This document shows, one piece after another, positions 19,126-24,384 of a DNA stretch of 46,805 nt. Every line of letters begins with the position of its first letter. Positions within the stretch are counted from its first letter, which is position 1. Origin of the DNA: an uncultured Candidatus Saccharibacteria bacterium (GTDB lineage Bacteria > Patescibacteriota > Minisyncoccia > Phycocordibacterales > UBA9973); contig CAZHLG010000002.1 of the NCBI GenBank assembly GCA_964533145.1, positions 1-46,805 on the forward strand. The letters are read 5' to 3'. The notes beneath the pieces are model-generated. The model was not told the DNA's origin. It did no database searches and worked only from the letters and a program-made list of their open reading frames with translations. A program made the translations under genes and the position numbers.

Positions 19126-20506
19126 GAATAATGCTCTTCCCTCCCTCGGGCGCCTCGGCGGGAATGCCGAGTTCGTTCTTGATGCGCTGCGCGAGATAGG
19201 TCGTGGATTTGGGTTCGCCGAGCACCGTGTACACTTTTTTCAGGGTGTCTTGAGCGCTGGAAACAAAACTGACGAGCGCATCCGAATCTTTGTGTCCCGA
19301 GTAGCCACTGATCTTCTTGACCGCGGCGCGCACCGGCACGGACTGCCGGTTGATGGTCACGACTTTTGCGCCTTCGTCGAGCTTGCGTCCGAGCGTGCCA
19401 GCCGCCTGATAGCCGATGAGCAGCAGCGTGTTGTTCGGGTCGGAAAGATAGTTCTGTTCGTGATGGATGACGCGCCCGCCGCTCGACATGCCCGAACCGG
19501 CAATGATGACTTTCGGATCGGGCTTGCGGAGGATAGCCTTCGAATCCTCGGCTTCGGGAGTCTGCACCAGACCCGGAAAGACGAACGGATCGTCCCCGCT
19601 GGCGATGCCGTCGCGGATCTCTTTGTTGAAATATCCGGCGAACCGCCGGTAGATGTCCGTGACCTTGATGGCAAGCGGCGAATCGAGGTAGACCGGCATG
19701 CGCGGCAGCTGTTTGCCTTCCACCATCTCGTCTATTTCATACAAAAGCTCCTGCGTGCGCTCGAGCGAGAACGCCGGGATGATGAGCGTGCCGGCCTTTG
19801 TGTAATTCTCAAGAAGCACGGCCTTGAGCAAGTCGCGGCGTTCGTCGCGGTTTTCGTGATTGCGGTCGCCGTACACGCTTTCGACGAGCAAGTACTGCGC
19901 ACCGGCAAGCGGCGTGGTGTCGGGCAAGATCGGCGACGGAGAGTTTCCGAGATCGCCGGAAAACACGAGCTTGGTCGTACCGAGCATGAATTCGACATAT
20001 GCCGATCCGAGGATATGCCCGGCATCGCGCAGCGTGACGGAGACGCCCGGCACAAGCTCGCGGGGTGTCCCGTATTCGAGCTCTTCCCAGCCGCGCGAGG
20101 CGCGGTCGATCATCTCAGGCGCGTAGATGCTATTGAGGCCGTGCTCCTCCGTCTTGCCGAGAATGGCGCCGGTGTCCTCGAGCATCGGTCTGGCAAGAGC
20201 ACATGTCGGCGGCGTGGCGATGATCTTCCCCGCAAAACCGTCATGGATGAGTTTCGGGATGCGGCCGATGTGGTCGATGTGCGAATGCGTGACAAAAAGA
20301 TAGTCGATGGTCTTCGGGTCGAACGCGAACGGCTCCCAGTTCATGTCGTCGGCGAGCTTCTCGCCCTGCACGAGGCCGCAATCGACAAGGATGCGCAGGA
20401 GCGGCGCGCCATCCGCGCCGAGCGGACCCTCGAGCAAGAAATTGGAACCGGTCACCGTCTCGGCGCCGGACGCGAACGTGAGCTTGTAGCGGGCTGTCAT
20501 ATGCAA
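19112..20506 (-). CDS. MBL-fold beta-CASP family RNA-processing nuclease (CPSF73/RNase J-like)
   Basis: 464 aa; metallo-beta-lactamase motif HSHIDHIGRIP; beta-CASP region; C-terminal GYSGHKDSDAL (motif C histidine). Confidence 0.8.
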   Translation of the reverse strand: MHMTARYKLTFASGAETVTGSNFLLEGPLGADGAPLLRILVDCGLVQGEKLADDMNWEPFAFDPKTIDYLFVTHSHIDHIGRIPKLIHDGFAGKIIATPPTCALARPMLEDTGAILGKTEEHGLNSIYAPEMIDRASRGWEELEYGTPRELVPGVSVTLRDAGHILGSAYVEFMLGTTKLVFSGDLGNSPSPILPDTTPLAGAQYLLVESVYGDRNHENRDERRDLLKAVLLENYTKAGTLIIPAFSLERTQELLYEIDEMVEGKQLPRMPVYLDSPLAIKVTDIYRRFAGYFNKEIRDGIASGDDPFVFPGLVQTPEAEDSKAILRKPDPKVIIAGSGMSSGGRVIHHEQNYLSDPNNTLLLIGYQAAGTLGRKLDEGAKVVTINRQSVPVRAAVKKISGYSGHKDSDALVSFVSSAQDTLKKVYTVLGEPKSTTYLAQRIKNELGIPAEAPEGGKSIILECE

Positions 20507-20509
20507 CGA

Positions 20510-20914
20510 TTATACACGAGACGGAGCGGCAGCATTCAGAATCGGCATCGCACCATACGCCGCGAGGCACAGGCCGGCGATGTCGAAGCACACGTCGGAC
20601 AGCGAATCGACGGCAGAGAACGGCGGGAAACCGTACCTCATGTACAGATACAGTTCGAAGGCCTCCCAGAGCACGCCGATGAGCAGTCCTCCAAGCACGC
20701 AATCAAACGCGAAACGGCCAAGCTGCATCCGTTCGCGCAGGGGCAGCACTATGACAGCAGAAATATAAAAAACCGCCATGCCGCCAAGGAAATGCATCGG
20801 CATATCGAACCACCACACGAGCGAATACCAATGCAGGAACGTCGCAGCGACATGCAGGACGAATACTGCGAGCATTATGAGGCCCAAACGGCGCATGAGA
20901 CGGTCGCGAATCAT
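20510..20914 (-). CDS. Small (134 aa) four-TM membrane protein, unknown function
   Basis: Internal ATG at 20914 of ORF 20510..21091 (MIRDRLMRRLGLIMLAVFVLHV...FDMPMHFLGGMAV...LWEAFELYLY). The longer N-terminal extension overlaps a terminator-like hairpin and looks non-coding. Confidence 0.6.
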   Translation of the reverse strand: MIRDRLMRRLGLIMLAVFVLHVAATFLHWYSLVWWFDMPMHFLGGMAVFYISAVIVLPLRERMQLGRFAFDCVLGGLLIGVLWEAFELYLYMRYGFPPFSAVDSLSDVCFDIAGLCLAAYGAMPILNAAAPSRV

Positions 20915-20936
20915 GCGTACAGTGTACCATCCGCGC

Positions 20937-21133
20937 AAAAGAAAATCCCTCCCGCGCGGGGAGAGATGTTCTTTAGGACTATCTGCTGTATGGTACCCTA
21001 GCCAAAGGCCAGGTGGGTATCTTGCGCGAGAGGCCACGGCCTCATGCGACGGAGATTCCCTGAAACAGCGTGTTCTAGGTACCAGATGCAAATAATCCTA
21101 ATCACATAGTACGCCTCTCAAAGCGATGTGCAA
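20937..21133 (-). ncRNA. Candidate structured RNA unit (orphan riboswitch-like leader or small RNA): promoter, 92-nt closed helix element, terminator
   Basis: Read on the minus strand. TTGCAC (21133-21128), 16 nt, TACTAT (21111-21106). Then element 21083-20992, closed by GGTACCTAG / CTAGGGTACC and containing the inner hairpin GAGGCC-GT-GGCCTC. Then CTCCC-CGCGC-GGGAG followed by GGAUUUUCUUUU (20963-20937), ending 23 nt before ATG 20914. No known Rfam family recognised by eye. Confidence 0.35.
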
Positions 21134-21249
21134 GTTTTTTTTCCAAAAAACCACGCGGCCGCCGAGGGAGCAAGGCTCGCGCGCATCCGACACTGGAGCA
21201 TGCGCGAGCATACAATGATACGGATACGGAATGTTCTTGTGACAATCCG

Positions 21250-21280
21250 CAAAAAATCCCCGCACTGCGGGGATTTTTTG
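21250..21280. terminator. Bidirectional intrinsic terminator downstream of ndk
   Basis: AAAAAA-TCCCCGC-ACT-GCGGGGA-TTTTTT, a perfect hairpin flanked by A6 and T6. Confidence 0.8.
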
Positions 21281-21301
21281 AAAAACAGACTTCAACGGCT
21301 G

Positions 21302-21766
21302 TTATTTTTTGTGCTCAGCGTACACAAAATCCGTATCGATCTTCTGGTAGCTGAAGATTTCGCCGTCCTTGAAGAAACGTGCGATCTCGGCCTGGCCCGC
21401 TTCGACGGAATCGGACGCATGCACGATGTTCGACTGGGTCGAAAGCGAGAAATCGCCGCGGATCGTGCCGGCAGTTCCCTCCCACGCCTTGGTCGGGCCG
21501 ACGAGCAAACGGATGGAACTGATCGCATTGATGCCTTCGAGCGCCATGACGACGACCGGAGTGGCCTTCATGAAGTCGCGGATGCCCGGGAAGAACGGCT
21601 TGTCCTTGATATGCGCATAGTGCTCCTCGATGAGCGCGTCCTCGAGCGACATCATCTTGACCCCGAGGATCTTGAGGCCCTTCTGCTCGAAGCGGCGGAC
21701 GACCTCGCCGACGAGATTGCGCTGGACGGCGTCCGGCTTGATGATAATGAGAGACTGTTCGTGCAT
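21302..21766 (-). CDS. ndk: Nucleoside diphosphate kinase
   Basis: 154 aa; SLIIIKPDAVQRNLVGEVVRRFEQKGLKI...GTIRGDF...NIVHASDS (catalytic His). Confidence 0.95.
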   Translation of the reverse strand: MHEQSLIIIKPDAVQRNLVGEVVRRFEQKGLKILGVKMMSLEDALIEEHYAHIKDKPFFPGIRDFMKATPVVVMALEGINAISSIRLLVGPTKAWEGTAGTIRGDFSLSTQSNIVHASDSVEAGQAEIARFFKDGEIFSYQKIDTDFVYAEHKK

Positions 21767-21824
21767 AGTATATGTATACGAAATTACCTGCTAGTGCGCT
21801 GATACTAACAAAAAAGCGAGGCAT

Positions 21825-22061
21825 TTACAAACCTGCCAGTTTCTCAGACAGCTTATGCGCATTGCCATGACTCACGAGTCCCCGGTACGATTGCACGGTC
21901 TCGGTTTTTCCATTCGCCGCAACGATGCGCTTGAGCATGCGACGCTTGGTCGCGGTACGCATGACTCTATATTTCGGAAAATGCACCCAACCGAGAAAGT
22001 CCACTCCGGAACTGAGCCGCCGGATGAAGACTTTGTCCGGATGCAGTGAAAGCCGCAGGAG
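21825..22061 (-). CDS. C-terminal (thumb) segment of the DGR reverse transcriptase, in the same frame immediately after the in-frame TAG at 22062-22064
   Basis: Hand translation: LLRLSLHPDKVFIRRLSSGVDFLGWVHFPKYRVMRTATKRRMLKRIVAANGKTETVQSYRGLVSHGNAHKLSEKLAGL-TAA. The LxLHPxK...GxDFLGW pattern is the conserved RT region that follows YADD. It is missing from the ORF track because the longest start-codon-initiated piece is under 60 aa. Confidence 0.75.
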   Translation of the reverse strand, partial: LLRLSLHPDKVFIRRLSSGVDFLGWVHFPKYRVMRTATKRRMLKRIVAANGKTETVQSYRGLVSHGNAHKLSEKLAGL

Positions 22062-22928
22062 CTAAGTAAGAAAATCGGAGATATCCGGCAGCATGGCTTC
22101 AAGGCAGGCGCGATCTTCATTCAGAATGACGAAATCGTCAGCATACCGAATATACCGCCGCGCATTCAACTTGCGCTTAATGAATTGGTCGAAGCGGTTC
22201 ATGTAGACATTCACGAGCAATTGGCTCGTCAGATTCCCGAGCGGCAGACCGACGCCAGGCTTCCCGGCAGTATGAAAGCTGTCTATCACCTGCCCGAACA
22301 GCCAAAGAACATCGGGTTCTTGTATGTGTGTCGCCAAAATAGCTTTAAGGACGGCATGATCGATGCTCGCGAAGAATTTCCGGATATCGCATTTCAAGAC
22401 CCAGCATGTCCGTGTATCGTTCTTCGACACTTCCTTTGAAAAACGCTCGAAACGACGCAGAGCCTTGTGCGTCCCTTTTCCGATGCGGCAGGAATAGGAG
22501 TCGTATATGAACAGTCTGTCGAAGCGCGAGTACAAAATGCGATAGACGGCATGGTGAACCAGACGATCGCGCACTGTCGCCTTATGGATATCGCGTGGCT
22601 TAGGGTCGTTGATGCGGAATGCGGCATACCCTTGATGCACATATGTTTTAGTTTTAAGTTCTTTCCGCAAAGCCGCGATGTTGTCCGACAGGCGCAGAGA
22701 AAATTCGCCGACGTCTTTCCGCTTCTTCTTTCCCACAATGAACTCCCGCCAGCTTTGAAGCAGGTTTTCAAAAGATGCTATACTTGCGAGATCATGGCAA
22801 AACCGCTTACTCCTCTCTCTCTCTCGAAAACGCAAGCGTAGTCTTGAGAACAAAAGAGGTGTTCGCACTGTGGTCGAGTAATATCGTTCCTCATATGCCG
22901 CGGACAAGCCGGTACACGACCGGCGCAA
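22062..22928 (-). CDS. DGR-type reverse transcriptase, fingers/palm portion, ending at a premature in-frame TAG
   Basis: FENLLQSWREFIVGKKKRKDV, NDPKPRDIHKATVRDRLVHHAVY, DSYSCRIGKGTHKAL, LKCDIRKFFASIDH, GLPLGNLTSQLLVNVYM (DGR-specific xGxxxSQ), IRYADDFVIL. The real start may be TTG 22835 (LRFRERE...), which gives a combined RT of about 336 aa and no overlap with avd. Confidence 0.85.
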   Translation of the reverse strand: MRRSCTGLSAAYEERYYSTTVRTPLLFSRLRLRFRERERSKRFCHDLASIASFENLLQSWREFIVGKKKRKDVGEFSLRLSDNIAALRKELKTKTYVHQGYAAFRINDPKPRDIHKATVRDRLVHHAVYRILYSRFDRLFIYDSYSCRIGKGTHKALRRFERFSKEVSKNDTRTCWVLKCDIRKFFASIDHAVLKAILATHIQEPDVLWLFGQVIDSFHTAGKPGVGLPLGNLTSQLLVNVYMNRFDQFIKRKLNARRYIRYADDFVILNEDRACLEAMLPDISDFLT

Positions 22929-23200
22929 GGATAGAGACGCATCTGCTCGACTTGCTTGAGATCATATACAAAGCATATTACGCATCGCTCGAAAACAAAA
23001 ACGTTCTCATTGTCGCAGCCATATCCAAAGCCGACCTGGTGAAATATTTCCTGCAGATCGCCTGGGAGAACAAGCTCATGAAGGACAAGCCCTACGGTGA
23101 GATATCGGAGAAAATACAAGAGGTCGGCAGAATACTCGGGGGATGGAAAAACAATGTCGCCGCCAAGCTTTCCCGCGCAAAGCAAAGCCCCGCCGGATAG
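22775..23200 (+). CDS. avd: DGR accessory variability determinant (Avd, four-helix-bundle protein), opposite in orientation to RT/TR/target
   Basis: ...FALWSSNIVPHMPRTSRYTTGARIETHLLDLLEIIYKAY...KPYGEISEKIQEVGRILGGWKNNVAAKL. The C-terminal motif nearly matches BPP-1 bAvd. The likely true start is TTG 22844 or GTG 22859 (about 113-118 aa). Confidence 0.85.
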   Translation: MLYLRDHGKTAYSSLSLENASVVLRTKEVFALWSSNIVPHMPRTSRYTTGARIETHLLDLLEIIYKAYYASLENKNVLIVAAISKADLVKYFLQIAWENKLMKDKPYGEISEKIQEVGRILGGWKNNVAAKLSRAKQSPAG

Positions 23201-23220
23201 GCGAGGCTTCCATATGCGGT

Positions 23221-23331
23221 TTCGAAGGAAAGAAGGATATTGCCCTCGTTCCAGTCATTGCCGTTGTCGAAATCGTTGGCATTGAAGTTCCACTCGTCGT
23301 CGTTCCAGTACACGTTCACGGCGACTCGTTC
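23221..23331 (-). repeat. DGR template repeat (TR)
   Basis: 111 bp, aligning without gaps to 23640-23750 (offset +419). Rich in AAC/AAT codons in the VR frame (NVYWNDDEWNFNANDFDNGNDWNEGN). The 3' block ATATCCTTCTTTCCTTCG is invariant between TR and VR (IMH-like). Confidence 0.9.
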
Positions 23332-23565
23332 CGTGCGGCGGGCCATCTGTGCCACTGGATGATGATGGTGCATCAATTCCTGCATACGCATGCCGCATCT
23401 TGAATGCGCCAGCGCGCCGCACCTACTGCATATGTTTGAAGAGAATGGCGGAGCACTGCTCTTGTCCAAGAACATTCCGGGACAATTCTGAACGCTTCGC
23501 ATCCTTGACGCTCGCCTCCAAGACTTTCGGCCGGTAGATCTTGTAACGTCAAGATTCAGTATATG

Positions 23566-23601
23566 CAAAAAGGACCCAAGATTCAAAGAATCTCAGGTCC
23601 T
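23566..23601 (-). terminator. Intrinsic terminator after the DGR target gene (strand-specific: two G:U pairs form only in the minus-strand RNA)
   Basis: Minus strand: AGGACCUGAGAUUC-UUU-GAAUCUUGGGUCCU followed by UUUUU, beginning 24 nt after the TAG stop. Confidence 0.7.
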
Positions 23602-23624
23602 ATGATTTTAGCCCGATTGCTCAG

Positions 23625-24284
23625 CTACTTTGCAGCAGTAGCGAAGGAAAGAAGGATATAGCCCCCGCGCCAGTCACCGCCGTCGTCGAAAGCGTCGGCA
23701 CCGAAGCGCCACCCGCCGTCGTCCCAGAACACGCGCACGGCGACTCGTACGCTACCAGGCAGTTCAACATGACACAAGTACCATTTCTCCTTGCGTATCT
23801 CATACCCAAGAACTTGTTTGCCAAGCTCGGGATTGAAGATGAGCATAAACCAAAGAAGGAAAAAGGTATCGATATCCATAAAGCCCGGATTGCCCGCCTC
23901 GCTTTGGATAGTGCTGTCATTCATGTTGCGTGGCAATCTGAACTCAGACACCGCTCCGAGGTCGGTGCGAATGGCGACGGTATGCTTCAAGTACGGAGCA
24001 ACGCACCATGCCTTGAACTGGTCGCCGAAATACAACCGGCGGTCGCCTTTTTCGGCACGATGACGGAATATCTGCTCGACCACGAAACCGTTGATCAGGT
24101 TATAGGAGAGCCGGCATCCGTTGTTTATCCATTTGATGAACTCTTCCTGGGTTATCCCCTTTCCGAGCTGATCGATGGCATTCTGGATCTGCGCGCCGTC
24201 TATCGTTTCGATGGCGCTGTCTGTGGTGGTGTTCAAGCCACCGATGAGGTTACGGAACTGACCGCCTGATGCAGCTTTTCCCAT
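23625..24284 (-). CDS. DGR target (variable) protein, 219 aa, no recognisable signal peptide; fold not recognised
   Basis: The ORF carries the VR in its last ~40 codons. It has its own promoter (24355-24383) and terminator. Confidence 0.85.
   Translation of the reverse strand: MGKAASGGQFRNLIGGLNTTTDSAIETIDGAQIQNAIDQLGKGITQEEFIKWINNGCRLSYNLINGFVVEQIFRHRAEKGDRRLYFGDQFKAWCVAPYLKHTVAIRTDLGAVSEFRLPRNMNDSTIQSEAGNPGFMDIDTFFLLWFMLIFNPELGKQVLGYEIRKEKWYLCHVELPGSVRVAVRVFWDDGGWRFGADAFDDGGDWRGGYILLSFATAAK
23640..23750 (-). repeat. DGR variable repeat (VR) at the 3' end of the target gene
   Basis: Differs from TR at 22 positions, all corresponding to A in TR (minus strand), for example AAC->CGC/GAC, AAT->GGT/TAT, GAG->GGG, TAC->TTC. 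Encodes VAVRVFWDDGGWRFGADAFDDGGDWRGGYILLSF. Ends 12 nt before the stop codon. Confidence 0.9.
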
Positions 24285-24354
24285 AAACGCGTGCGTTCAG
24301 TACTCCTTTCGGAACCCTGTCCCCGGCTTTGTTATGAATGAATGTATCGGTTAC

Positions 24355-24383
24355 ATTATATCACCTTTCGATATATAAGTCAA
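24355..24383 (-). promoter_or_regulatory. Sigma70-type promoter for the DGR target gene
   Basis: Minus strand: TTGACT (24383-24378), 17 nt, TATAAT (24360-24355), about 70 nt upstream of ATG 24284. Confidence 0.6.
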
Positions 24384-24384
24384 G

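Larger units (their letters stand above)
21825..24383 (-). mobile_element. Diversity-generating retroelement (DGR) cassette: target gene with VR, TR, inverted avd, RT
   Basis: See the component features. TR and VR are offset by 419 bp; 22/22 mismatches fall at TR adenines; RT has the DGR hallmark LGNLTSQ plus YADD; Avd has EVGRILGGW, matching the BPP-1 Avd EVGRILGSW. Confidence 0.9.

Noticed and set aside
20992-21083. The structured element as SRP (4.5S) RNA or a guanidine-I (ykkC) riboswitch
   Set aside because: It lacks the GGAA/GNRA tetraloop and the AGCA/GGAAG symmetric-loop motifs of SRP domain IV. The CTAGGGTACC string resembles the ykkC 5' motif, but it sits at the 3' end and the other ykkC blocks (GGUCCGAGAG, ACACGG..GGGA) are absent.
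22062-22064. TAG reassigned as a sense codon (alternative genetic code)
   Set aside because: secY (32619), the VirD4-like ATPase (24385) and the DGR target (23625) all terminate at TAG at positions consistent with full-length proteins, so TAG functions as a stop in this genome.
21825-22928. RT as a group II intron or retron reverse transcriptase
   Set aside because: There is no maturase (X) or endonuclease domain, and no intron RNA domain V/VI-like sequence was noticed. Motif 4 is xGxxxSQ (DGR-type) rather than the group II form, and a TR/VR pair and an Avd gene are adjacent.
23092-23586. 164-aa minus-strand ORF spanning the TR and running antisense into avd
   Set aside because: The frame is open only because the TR is a copy of the VR coding sequence. 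The rest of the translation is not protein-like, and it overlaps the convincing Avd ORF on the other strand. I treat it as the non-coding TR RNA region.
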